Below are positions 16,077 through 26,020 of a stretch of DNA of 64,000 nt, in pieces (the first letter of the stretch is position 1; every line of letters starts with the position of its first letter). Both the position numbers and the translations under genes were made by a program. A model generated the notes under the pieces. It saw only the letters and a program-made list of their open reading frames with translations, made no database searches and was not told the origin of the DNA. The stretch comes from Planctomycetota bacterium (lineage in GTDB: Bacteria; Planctomycetota; B15-G4), in contig JBBQUR010000002.1 of assembly GCA_038212275.1 (NCBI GenBank), positions 222,823 to 286,822 of the forward strand, in the 5' to 3' direction.

Positions 16077-17026
16077 CGCTCGCCGCCCCGCGACCGGCCG
16101 CGCGGCTCCGAGAGCACCAGGCGCAGCGCGCGCAGGAGTCGATACCGCGCCAGTTGCGTCGTGTCGCCGCGCCACAGCTGCAACCAGCTGCGCAGCCGCA
16201 GGCGATGCCGCAGCGCGTGATACTGCGGGCGCTCCGGCATGCGCAGCGAGAGCACCGTCTGCAGCACCGCGCGGTCCGGATAGCCGGCGCACACGGCCGC
16301 GATGCGCGCGTGCTCGTCCCCGGCGCGGCTGGCCTCCACGACGGAGAGCATGAAGGCGAGCAGCTCGATGGCCCGCGCCTCGGCCACGTCGTGCGCCGCA
16401 TGCGGCTCGGCGAAGTCGAACCAGAGCAGCGCCGGCTCGGAGGTCGGCGTGGACCCGGGCGCGGCGCCTGACGGCGGCGCCGGCGCCGCAAACCTGGGCA
16501 TGACCAGGATGTTGTGCGCCGCGCCGTCGCTGTGCAGGTCGGCAACGGACGTGGCGCGCGCGTGCCGCGCCGCGATGCGGCTCACGACCTGCGTGAGCAG
16601 CGGCGAGGCCAGCACGAGTTCCCCGACGCGGCTGCCGTGGCGCACGCCGTCGCGCGCGAGCGACGACTCGCGCAGGACGTCGAAGAGCGTCGGCGCGGGC
16701 AGATACGGAAACACGAGCGACGGGCCGACGGCGACGACCTGCCCGTCGACAGGCAGCGACAAGCGCTCGAAGGGGCCGGCGCACGGCCACAGCACGGCCT
16801 CGCCCTGCGCGACGAAGGCCGCCTGCCCGTCGAGCTCGCGCTTCAGGCGCGCGCGCGACTCCTCCGGCGTGTCGCCCGGCGCCGCGTAGTCCTTCACGAC
16901 GAAGCGCGCCTCGCCCGAGGCCGTCGGCTGCGCCACGAAATGCAGCGCATTGCTGCGGCGCCGGCCGCGGCCCGCGTGCTCGGGGCGGAAGCTGCGGAAG
17001 GCGGTCCCCGGTTCGAAGTCCGCCAT
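16073..17026 (-). CDS. Protein-kinase-like fold protein (Kdo/WaaP/RIO-like)
   Basis: FVVKDY (beta3 Lys), LKRELDG (alphaC Glu), LHSDGAAHNILV (HxDxxxxN), WFDFAE (DF[G] equivalent). Confidence 0.65.
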   Translation of the reverse strand: MADFEPGTAFRSFRPEHAGRGRRRSNALHFVAQPTASGEARFVVKDYAAPGDTPEESRARLKRELDGQAAFVAQGEAVLWPCAGPFERLSLPVDGQVVAVGPSLVFPYLPAPTLFDVLRESSLARDGVRHGSRVGELVLASPLLTQVVSRIAARHARATSVADLHSDGAAHNILVMPRFAAPAPPSGAAPGSTPTSEPALLWFDFAEPHAAHDVAEARAIELLAFMLSVVEASRAGDEHARIAAVCAGYPDRAVLQTVLSLRMPERPQYHALRHRLRLRSWLQLWRGDTTQLARYRLLRALRLVLSEPRGRSRGGER

Positions 17027-17031
17027 GTGCC

Positions 17032-17643
17032 TCAGTAGCCCTTCAGCCGCTCCACGTGGAGCAGCTCGTCCCACGCGCCGCGGCGCAGATGCGCGAGCAT
17101 CTGGTCCCACACCTTGTAGAAGACGCGCGAGAGCACGGGCTGCAGCTCGTCGTCGCGCAGCGTGAGCGCCAGCGCGGCGAGCCGCTCGCGGTAGGCGGGC
17201 TTGAGTTCGCGCTTGTCGAAAAGCGCGTGGCACAGCAGGTGCGTCAACGCGTCCGGGCCGGCGGGGATGTGAAAGGCGCCGCTCGCGTGCGGCACGCGTC
17301 GCGCGAACATGCCTTCCGTGAGCTCCGGGTCCACCGCCACCCACGGATGCCTGCCGTAGAAGGGCGAGCGGTAGCAGAGGCGTTGCACGAGGTCGAGCAG
17401 CAGTCCCTGCCGGTTGCGGAACTGCTCGTGAGGAAGCGCGCCGGCCAGCGCGCCGTCGGCGGAGGTCACGTGCTTCGTGAAGCCCGCGGCCTCCAGCCGC
17501 CTGGTGATCTCCGGCAGCGCCGCGCCGCGCACCAGCACGTCCACGTCGCCCTCGGGATGGTCGGGCAGCTTGTCCCAGTTGCGCAGCACGACAGGTTCGC
17601 CGCGGCAGCTCTCAAACAAGGCCAGGGCCGCGACGAGCTCCAT
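17032..17643 (-). CDS. Nucleotidyltransferase-fold protein
   Basis: VVLRNWDKLP..EGDVDVLV (GDxDxL signature), later LDLV acidic strand, helical C-terminus. Confidence 0.65.
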   Translation of the reverse strand: MELVAALALFESCRGEPVVLRNWDKLPDHPEGDVDVLVRGAALPEITRRLEAAGFTKHVTSADGALAGALPHEQFRNRQGLLLDLVQRLCYRSPFYGRHPWVAVDPELTEGMFARRVPHASGAFHIPAGPDALTHLLCHALFDKRELKPAYRERLAALALTLRDDELQPVLSRVFYKVWDQMLAHLRRGAWDELLHVERLKGY

Positions 17644-17649
17644 GCCGCC

Positions 17650-17853
17650 TCAGAGACCCTTCGCGCGGCGCAGCGCGGCGGCAGCCTTCGCCACCTCTTC
17701 CGCCAGCTCGTGGAATTCGCTCGGCACGAGTTCGAGGCGCCAGGCATCGGTCTGCAGGTGCACGTCGCCCGATTCGTTGTATTCGATGGTGAGCGTGCGC
17801 AGCGGACCCTCGCGCAGCTCGGCGCGGCCTAGGAGCGTGTGAACAATCCCCAT
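17650..17853 (-). CDS. Small hypothetical protein A, 67 aa (paralogue of 17829-18089)
   Basis: MGIVHTLLG...RTLTIEYNESGDVHLQTDAWRLELVPSEFHELAEEVAKA; tight operon spacing; aligns to its neighbour. Confidence 0.7.
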   Translation of the reverse strand: MGIVHTLLGRAELREGPLRTLTIEYNESGDVHLQTDAWRLELVPSEFHELAEEVAKAAAALRRAKGL

Positions 17854-18089
17854 CTGCGGCGCCTCCTTTCCGGCGGCAGGCTGGCCGCCATCGCCTTGAG
17901 CTTGCCGTCCGCGATCGCGACCTGGTCGGCGAAGGCGAGGAAGTCGTTGATCGACAGATCGAGGCGCAGGTTGCGGTAGTGGATGTGAATGCACTCGCCG
18001 ACGTTGTCCTCGATCTTGAGGCTGCGCTTGTGCCGCACCGGCTGCGTGCCGATCTTCCGGTGCGCGAGCTCGATGACCATGATGTTCAT
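17829..18089 (-). CDS. Small hypothetical protein B, 86 aa
   Basis: MNIMVIELA...RSLKIEDNVGECIHIHYRNLRLDLSINDFLAFADQVAIA; non-shadow composition; aligns to protein A. Confidence 0.75.
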   Translation of the reverse strand: MNIMVIELAHRKIGTQPVRHKRSLKIEDNVGECIHIHYRNLRLDLSINDFLAFADQVAIADGKLKAMAASLPPERRRRRWGLFTRS

Positions 18090-18096
18090 GCGCGGT

Positions 18097-18396
18097 TCAC
18101 GACGAGAGGAATTTGTTCATCTGCGCGGCCGTCACGAGACCGCCGCGCTTGCGGATCCACTCCGAGTTGCCCGGCCCCCAGGCCTCGTCGGTGCGCACGA
18201 CGAGGGCGCGGCAGCTGCAGCCGCCCGGCAGCGTGCAGCCGTCCTTGAGCGGCGGGCCCTTGAAGTCCTTCTCGGGCAGCCAGCAGGTGCCGTCGAGTTC
18301 CTTCGCCTTGCCGCAGCGCTCCGCCGCGGCTCCTGCGTGCCAGGTGTAGTAGGCCACCAAGGCTTCCTTGCCGAACTTCCTCGAGAACCAGCTCAT
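18097..18396 (-). CDS. Small Cys-motif hypothetical protein, 99 aa
   Basis: GGAG RBS then MSWFSRKF...RCGKAKELDGTCW...GPPLKDGCTLPGGCSCR; first gene of the minus-strand cassette. Confidence 0.65.
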   Translation of the reverse strand: MSWFSRKFGKEALVAYYTWHAGAAAERCGKAKELDGTCWLPEKDFKGPPLKDGCTLPGGCSCRALVVRTDEAWGPGNSEWIRKRGGLVTAAQMNKFLSS

Positions 18397-18661
18397 CAGG
18401 GACTCCGGCGCGCGGGCCGCACCGGCGCGCACCATGCGCACCGATGCGATCCGCTGCCCAGCGTAGCGACAGCGGCGCGACCGGCCAACCGCGGGTCCCG
18501 CGGATGCGGAGGGCGCGGGCGGTCGACCCGAAAAGCTGCGGGTCGCGGAGAGCGGCGCCTTGGCGCGCGTCGCGCCGGACCGGTAGGGTGGGACGTCCCG
18601 GCCGGATGCTTCGCGGGTGCGTTCCGGCGAAATCCTCACGGCTCCCTCCGCAGAGGCGCGC

Positions 18662-19714
18662 ATGACCGAGACTCGTGCCGACACGTCCGTTCACGACGGC
18701 GCACAGCATGCCAATGCCGGGCGCGGCGTCGACCTCATCCCCGCAGCCCCCGGGGACGTCGCGCCGGACGCGCCGGCCCTGGCGATCCCGCCCCGCGCCG
18801 TCTTCGTCGTGGGCATGCCGCGCTCGGGCACCACGCTGCTCACGCGCCTGCTCGACGGCCATCCGCAGCTCTTCACGCTGCCGCACGAGACGCAGGCCAC
18901 GCGCTGGGTCGGCATGCGGGATCCGGCCGGTGCCTTCCTCGGCGAGTCCGCTTACGGCAAGTTCTATCCGGCGGGCAGCGAGGTGCGGAAGCGCTTCGAG
19001 GCGGAGCTCCGCGCGCAGCTCGGGGAGCGGACGGACCTGCGCTCCATCCTGCTCGCCATCGTGGCTGCGCAGCTGCGCATGCAGCAGCCGAAGCTCCCCG
19101 CCGACGCCTGGGTGGAGAAGACGCCGCGCCACGCGCGCGACGTGCCCGCGCTCATCGCGACCTTCGGGCCAGCGACGAAGGTCATCGCACTGGTGCGCGA
19201 CCCGCGCGCGACGCTCGCCAGCCGGCGCAAGGTCTTCCGGCGCACGTCGGAGAATCACGTGCGACACCTCGCGCGGCGCTGGGCCACGGTGGACACGCTC
19301 GTCAAGGAATACGCAGCGCGCTTCCCGCAGCAATTCCTGGCCGTCACCTACGAAGCGCTCGTGCACGACCCCGAGGCCGTCATGCGCCGCCTCGCGACGC
19401 ACGTGGGCATCGCCTGGGATGCCTCGCTCGTGCAGCCGTCCTACGTGGGCGAGGAGTGGCAGGGCAACTCCAGCTACACCGAGCCGGCCAAGGGCGTCAC
19501 CACCGCCTCGCTCGCGCGCTGGAAGGACGAACTCTCGCCGGAAGAGATCGCGCAATGCGAGGACCTGCTGCGCCCGCGCATGGCAGCGTGGGGCTACGAG
19601 ACGACAACGCCCGCGCGCCGCGGCCCGCGCCTGGAACGCGCCCTCATCGAAGCCGGCACCGCGTGGTATCTGCGCAGCTACCGTCGCGCCTGGGCGCGGG
19701 CCGGAGCGAGCTGA
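18662..19714 (+). CDS. Sulfotransferase family protein
   Basis: 5'-PSB VVGMPRSGTTLL, WVEKTP, 3'-PB LVRDPRA..S, YEALV.DPE. Confidence 0.9.
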   Translation: MTETRADTSVHDGAQHANAGRGVDLIPAAPGDVAPDAPALAIPPRAVFVVGMPRSGTTLLTRLLDGHPQLFTLPHETQATRWVGMRDPAGAFLGESAYGKFYPAGSEVRKRFEAELRAQLGERTDLRSILLAIVAAQLRMQQPKLPADAWVEKTPRHARDVPALIATFGPATKVIALVRDPRATLASRRKVFRRTSENHVRHLARRWATVDTLVKEYAARFPQQFLAVTYEALVHDPEAVMRRLATHVGIAWDASLVQPSYVGEEWQGNSSYTEPAKGVTTASLARWKDELSPEEIAQCEDLLRPRMAAWGYETTTPARRGPRLERALIEAGTAWYLRSYRRAWARAGAS

Positions 19715-19732
19715 GCCGGCGGATGCGCCGCT

Positions 19733-20121
19733 TCATGCCGGCGACGCGGCCTCGGCGCTGCCGGGGGTCGCCCCGCCGCAGACCTCGTCCAGAAGCTCGT
19801 ACGCCCGCCGCAGGTGCGGGATGACGATCGAGCCGCCGACGATGAGCGCGATGTCCAGCGCCTCCACGATCTGCTCGCGGCTGGCGCCGACCTCCACGCC
19901 GCGCAGCACGTGGTAGCTGATGCAGTCGTCGCAGCGCAGCACCGCCGAGGCGACGAGGCCCATGAGCTCCTTGTGCAGCTCGTCGATGGCGCCGGCCTTG
20001 TAGGCCTGGCCATCCAGGTTGAAGAAGCGCTTCGTGACCTGCGTGCCCATGCGGTGCACGCACTCGTTCTGCCGCTCGCGCCGCTTGCGGAACTCCTCGG
20101 CGCGGCCCGCGCTGCCTCCGC

Positions 20122-20125
<4 letters not shown>
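19733..20125 (-). CDS. Carboxymuconolactone decarboxylase/AhpD-family protein
   Basis: KELMGLVAS.VLRCDDCISYH...GAS.EQIVEAL; GTG start overlaps the cbs stop. Confidence 0.85.
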
Positions 20126-21501
<1,376 letters not shown>

Positions 21502-21753
21502 GTGGCGGCTCCTGGAAAGTTGGTGCGCGCCCGGCGCACGGGGCGCCGATTGTAAGGGGAGCGTGAAGTCCGGCGACAGCGGAACCGGCCGACTTCCCGC
21601 GCCGCGCGCCTCCGAGCCCCGCCCCGCGGTGCGCGGCAGTCCGCGGCCAGCCGTGTCGGGACACGTGGTGGCGCCACGGGACGCGCCGAGGGATTTTCAC
21701 GCCTGCGTCGTCCGGCCTCCAGCAGCGACGGCCATTCGGCCGACGAAACCGGC

Positions 21754-22620
21754 ATGTCCAGCCCCGCCGAGCCTCTCCTGCCGCCGACTCAGGCCGCGGC
21801 GCGCCGCGCGCACGACGAGGCGCCCGAGGCATCACCGGACCGAGCGCCGGGCGAAGCACCGGGCGATCGGCCGGGCACGGCGTCGGAGGCGGCAGCGGAC
21901 ACGGCGGCTGTCCTGGCTGCGATCTATCCGGCGCTCGCACACCTGCTCGGCCCGAAGCCCTTCGCCGCGCTCTGTGCGACGGCGTCCGCTCGCAGCGCCG
22001 CGGCGGACGTGCAGCCGGGCAGGCTGATCCACGCCCTGCTGCTGCGCCGCGAGGCACGCACCGACGACCGCATTCCCAGTCGGCTCGCCGCGGACATCGC
22101 CGCGCTCGAGTGGTCCATCCATCGCCTGGCGGACCGGCCGCAGCACGCCGAAGCCGAGCGCCCGGCCACGCCGCGAGATCTGCTCGCCGCAACGGCCGCA
22201 GGCTGCGGACCCGACGACGGCTGGCGCGTCGCCACGCTGCAGCCGTCCCGGCATTTCGACATCGTGCCGGTCGCCTTCCGGCTCGACACCTGGGTGCGAC
22301 GCGTGCACCAGGGGCGCCGCATGAAGCGCATGCCGATGCGCGGCGAGCAGCACATCGTGGTGCATGCGCCGGACCGCGCATCCGGCGACGCAGGGGCGCC
22401 GGTGTGGTGGTTTGCGCTGCCGCCCGGGCCGGGGACACTGCTCGCGCATCTGGCGCTCGGCCAGCCCATCGGCGTCGCGGTGGCCAGCGCCGTCCACCGC
22501 GGCTGGATGGCCGACGAGGCGGCGGCGCTCGAGCAACTCGACGGCTGGCTGCGCGAGGGACTCTTTGCACGCGTGCTGCCGCCCGAACCGGCCCGCGACG
22601 CGCCTCCGACCGCGCGCTGA
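21754..22620 (+). CDS. DUF2063/HvfC-BufC-like protein, degenerate
   Basis: LAAIYPALAHLLGPKPFAAL, ADIAALEWSIHR, C-terminal L..LALGQP..A; the usual N-terminal IY motif is replaced by low-complexity sequence. Confidence 0.5.
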   Translation: MSSPAEPLLPPTQAAARRAHDEAPEASPDRAPGEAPGDRPGTASEAAADTAAVLAAIYPALAHLLGPKPFAALCATASARSAAADVQPGRLIHALLLRREARTDDRIPSRLAADIAALEWSIHRLADRPQHAEAERPATPRDLLAATAAGCGPDDGWRVATLQPSRHFDIVPVAFRLDTWVRRVHQGRRMKRMPMRGEQHIVVHAPDRASGDAGAPVWWFALPPGPGTLLAHLALGQPIGVAVASAVHRGWMADEAAALEQLDGWLREGLFARVLPPEPARDAPPTAR

Positions 22621-22666
22621 GGGCCCTCGCTGGCGACGGGCCGCGCGCCGGTTATCGTCGCCGCGC

Positions 22667-23998
22667 ATGGACGGCACGGTGCTCGCGATCTTCGCCTTCG
22701 TCTATCTGGGGATGCTGCTCGGCCACATCCCGGGGCTGAGGCTGGACCGCACCGGTGTCGCGCTGCTCGGCGCGCTGCTGCTCATCGTCACCGGCAAGGT
22801 GAGCGTGCAGGCGGCGCGCGATGCCGTGAACATCCCGACGATGGCGCTGCTCTTCGGCCTCATGGTGGTGTCGGCGCAGTTCCGGCTGTGCGGGTTCTAT
22901 GCGGCGGTCACGCGGCGCATCGGCCTGGCGAGCCTCTCGCCCGCTGCGCTGCTCGCGCTGGTCATTGCGGTGGCGGGCGCGCTCTCGGCGGTGCTCGTCA
23001 ACGACATCATCTGTCTGGCGATGGCGCCCATCCTCGTGGCGGTCTGTGCGCACAGACGACTGCAGGCGTTGCCCTTCCTGCTCGCGCTGGCCTGCGCCTC
23101 CAACGTCGGTTCGGCCGCCACGCTCATCGGCAACCCGCAGAACATGCTCATCGGGCAGACGCTGCGGCTCTCATTCGCCGGCTACCTGGCCGATGCCGCC
23201 GTACCGTCGGTGCTGGGACTCGGTGCGGTGTGGCTCGTGGTGCGCTGGCGCGTCGCGGGGCAGTGGTTCGTCGCCGACACCGCGGCGGGCGGCACCGGGG
23301 CCAGCGGCACCGAGGCGGGCGCTGCGACGACAGTCGCCGTGTCGGCGGGCGCTGCGACGGCGGGCGGCACCGGGGCCAGCGCGGACGCAGCGTTCCTCGG
23401 TGCGCCGCCCCTGGACCGCCGCCAGACACTCAAGGGCCTGGTCGTGATGGGCGCGCTCATCGTGCTTTTCCTCATCGGGAACTGGCCGCGCGAGCTGCTG
23501 GCGCTGGGCGCCGCCGCGCTGCTGCTGCTCTCGCGACGCGTGGCCAGCGCCGGCCTGCTGGCTCTCATCGACTGGCCACTGCTCATGCTTTTCACGGGCC
23601 TGTTCGTCGTGAACCACGCGCTGGCGCAGGGCGGCGCACTCGCACGCGGCACTGCGATGCTGCAGGCCGGCGGCGTGGACCTCACGCATCCTGCGTGGCT
23701 CTTCACCGCGAGCGTCGTGCTCTCCAATCTCGTCAGCAACGTGCCCGCCGTCATGCTGCTGCTGCCGTCCGCGACACACGTGCTGTCGGGCCCGCTGCTG
23801 GCGTTGGCGAGCACGCTCTCCGGCAACCTCTTCCTCGTGGGCAGCATCGCCAACCTCATCGTGGTCGAGCAGGCCGGCCGCCTCGGCGTGCGCATCGGCT
23901 GGCGCGATCACCTGCGCATCGGCGTCCCCGTGACGCTGGTCACGCTGGCCGTCGCGGCGCTGTGGCTCTGGCTGCGCGCGGGAATGCTCGCGGGCTGA
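22667..23998 (+). CDS. ArsB/NhaD (CitMHS/SLC13-like) anion transporter
   Basis: LDRTGVALLGA, VNDIIC, SNVGSAATLIGNPQN, SNLVSNVPA, STLSGNL..GSIANLIV; many TM helices. Confidence 0.88.
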   Translation: MDGTVLAIFAFVYLGMLLGHIPGLRLDRTGVALLGALLLIVTGKVSVQAARDAVNIPTMALLFGLMVVSAQFRLCGFYAAVTRRIGLASLSPAALLALVIAVAGALSAVLVNDIICLAMAPILVAVCAHRRLQALPFLLALACASNVGSAATLIGNPQNMLIGQTLRLSFAGYLADAAVPSVLGLGAVWLVVRWRVAGQWFVADTAAGGTGASGTEAGAATTVAVSAGAATAGGTGASADAAFLGAPPLDRRQTLKGLVVMGALIVLFLIGNWPRELLALGAAALLLLSRRVASAGLLALIDWPLLMLFTGLFVVNHALAQGGALARGTAMLQAGGVDLTHPAWLFTASVVLSNLVSNVPAVMLLLPSATHVLSGPLLALASTLSGNLFLVGSIANLIVVEQAGRLGVRIGWRDHLRIGVPVTLVTLAVAALWLWLRAGMLAG

Positions 23999-24010
23999 GG
24001 CGCCGCGGCA

Positions 24011-24109
24011 GGCAACGCCGGCAGCGCCAGCAGCGCCAGCAGCGCAGGCAGCGCGGGTAGCGCGGGCAACGCGGGCAGCGCGGGTAGCGCGGGCAACGCG
24101 GGCAGCGCC
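24011..24109. repeat. 9-bp tandem repeat x11 between convergent genes
   Basis: Consensus GGCAGCGCG with GGTAGCGCG, GGCAACGCG and AGCAGCGCC variants; the minus strand reads (ALP)n. Confidence 0.9.
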
Positions 24110-24173
24110 GATCCGCCGCCGCCTCCGCAGGCGCGGACGGCGCGGCGCCTTGCCATGCGCAACAGGTCGATTC

Positions 24174-24758
24174 TCAGCTCGTCGCGCGGGCTCCACGCCG
24201 AGGGGCGGCATGCTCGCGCTCGAGCTCCAGCAGGCGGACTTTCAGCTCCAGGCCGCCGCCGAAGCCGCCGAGCTTGCCGCCCGCGGCGATCGTGCGGTGG
24301 CACGGCACGAAGAGCGGGACGGGATTGCTGCCGTTGGCTGAACCACACGCGCGGCTCGCGCGCGGATGCCCGGCGCGCGCGGCCAGTTCCGCGTAGCTGA
24401 TCGTGCCTCCGTACGGCACGCGGCGCAGTGCGGCCCAGACCTTCTTCTGGAACTCGGTGCCACGCAGATCGAGCGGCAGATCCAGCTCGAGGCGCCGGCC
24501 CGCGAGGAAGTCGCGCACGGCGGCGATGGCCGGACCGTTGCGCCCCGTGCCCTCGCGGATCTCGGCCTTCGGCAGGTGCCGGTCGAGCCACGAGCGCACG
24601 TGATCGGCGGGCGTGCGGCACGTCGCATCGTCGCCACGAAGGTTGCTGCGCTCGCCGGGCAGCGAGCACGCGACGATGCCGCGCTCCGTGGACGCGAGGC
24701 TCATCGGGCCGAAGGCCGTGTCGAAGCGCGACAGGTGGACGATCTCGAGTGCAGACAT
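24174..24758 (-). CDS. ogt: Methylated-DNA--protein-cysteine methyltransferase
   Basis: GTEFQKKVW.AL..VPYG.TISY.ELA, RACGSANGSNP, PCHR active site, LGGFGGGL..K; GGAGG RBS. Confidence 0.93.
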   Translation of the reverse strand: MSALEIVHLSRFDTAFGPMSLASTERGIVACSLPGERSNLRGDDATCRTPADHVRSWLDRHLPKAEIREGTGRNGPAIAAVRDFLAGRRLELDLPLDLRGTEFQKKVWAALRRVPYGGTISYAELAARAGHPRASRACGSANGSNPVPLFVPCHRTIAAGGKLGGFGGGLELKVRLLELEREHAAPRRGARATS

Positions 24759-24957
24759 CGCGAGCCTCCGCATGCGGAACCCCGGCGATTCTAGCGGAGC
24801 CGCGACCCCACCTGGCCGCCGCCTCCGCAGGCCCGCTGCCGTACACTGGCGCGACTCGCCGGGGCCGACCCGCACGGCGGTCGCGCGCCACGCGCTCATC
24901 CGGGTCCGACCCAGGGAAGCCCGCCAGCGATGCCGAGCCGACAGACTTCGAGCCGGA

Positions 24958-26007
24958 ATGCCCGCTAGGAAGGCTCGCGAGCGCCGCCTGCCGTCAGCCT
25001 GGGCCTCGCTGCCGGACGCGCAACTCCTCAAGCTGCGACTGAAGGACCTTCCGCTCGCCATCGAGGGCACGTGGCTTGAGGAATGCCTCGCGGACCTTCG
25101 CAAGGAGCTGGCCGAGCGCGACCTGCTCGTGCGGCCGCACGCGTGGCTCTCGGACGAATTCTTCAGCCCGGACACCACGCCGGGCATCGCGCTGCCCTTC
25201 TATCTGGCGCACCCGCGGCTCATGCGGCTCGAGCGCGCGCAGATCCTCGACGTCGAGGGCGGCACGCGCGCGGAGTGCATGAAGATCCTGCGGCACGAGG
25301 CGGGTCACGTCGTGGAGCACGCCTTCGGGCTGGCGCGCCGTCGTCGCCGGCAGGAGCTGTTCGGCCGCTCGTCCACGCGCTACCCCAGCACCTACCGCCC
25401 GAATCCCGCGAGCCGGAACTTCGTGCAGCACCTGCGGCTCTGGTACGCGCAGAGCCACCCGGACGAGGACTTCGCCGAGACCTTCGCCGTCTGGCTCGGC
25501 CCTCGCGCCACCTGGCGACGGCGCTACGAAGGCTGGCCCGCGCTGCAGAAGCTGGAATACATGAACGAACTCATGGAGGAACTCGCGGGACGCAGGCCGC
25601 CTGCGATGCGCCGCATCGAGGTCGATCCGCTGCGCTCGCTGCGCATGACGCTGGGCGAGCTCTACGCAAAGAAGCTGGCGCAGTACTCGGTGGACGCGCC
25701 GCGCATCTACGATCGCGACCTGCTGCGCATCTTCTCGAACGACGCCCGGCACCGCCGCTCGCCATCCGCGGCGGCGTTCATCCGCAAGCATCGGGCCCGC
25801 CTGCGCCAGCTCGTGTCCAAGTGGACGGGCGAGTACCAGCTCACGCTGGACGCCGTGCTCGACGCGATGGTGGAGCGCTGCCGCGAGCTGAAGCTGCGCG
25901 CCGCGGGCCCCGAGCGGCAGCTGCGGCAGGACTTCGCCGTGCTGCTCACCGCCAAGACCGTCCACTCGCTCTACAGCCATTCGCGCCGACAGTGGTTCGC
26001 GCTGTGA
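24958..26007 (+). CDS. Putative zinc-binding metallopeptidase (Peptidase_Mx-like)
   Basis: RHEAGH (HExxH), YAQSHPDEDFAETFAVWL, KLEY. Confidence 0.8.
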   Translation: MPARKARERRLPSAWASLPDAQLLKLRLKDLPLAIEGTWLEECLADLRKELAERDLLVRPHAWLSDEFFSPDTTPGIALPFYLAHPRLMRLERAQILDVEGGTRAECMKILRHEAGHVVEHAFGLARRRRRQELFGRSSTRYPSTYRPNPASRNFVQHLRLWYAQSHPDEDFAETFAVWLGPRATWRRRYEGWPALQKLEYMNELMEELAGRRPPAMRRIEVDPLRSLRMTLGELYAKKLAQYSVDAPRIYDRDLLRIFSNDARHRRSPSAAAFIRKHRARLRQLVSKWTGEYQLTLDAVLDAMVERCRELKLRAAGPERQLRQDFAVLLTAKTVHSLYSHSRRQWFAL

Positions 26008-26020
26008 GGTCGATCAACCC

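Noticed and set aside
18524-18545. Hairpin GACCCG-N-CGGGTC in the divergent promoter region as a riboswitch or ncRNA
   Set aside because: A single short GC stem with no recognisable aptamer features; expected by chance at this GC content.
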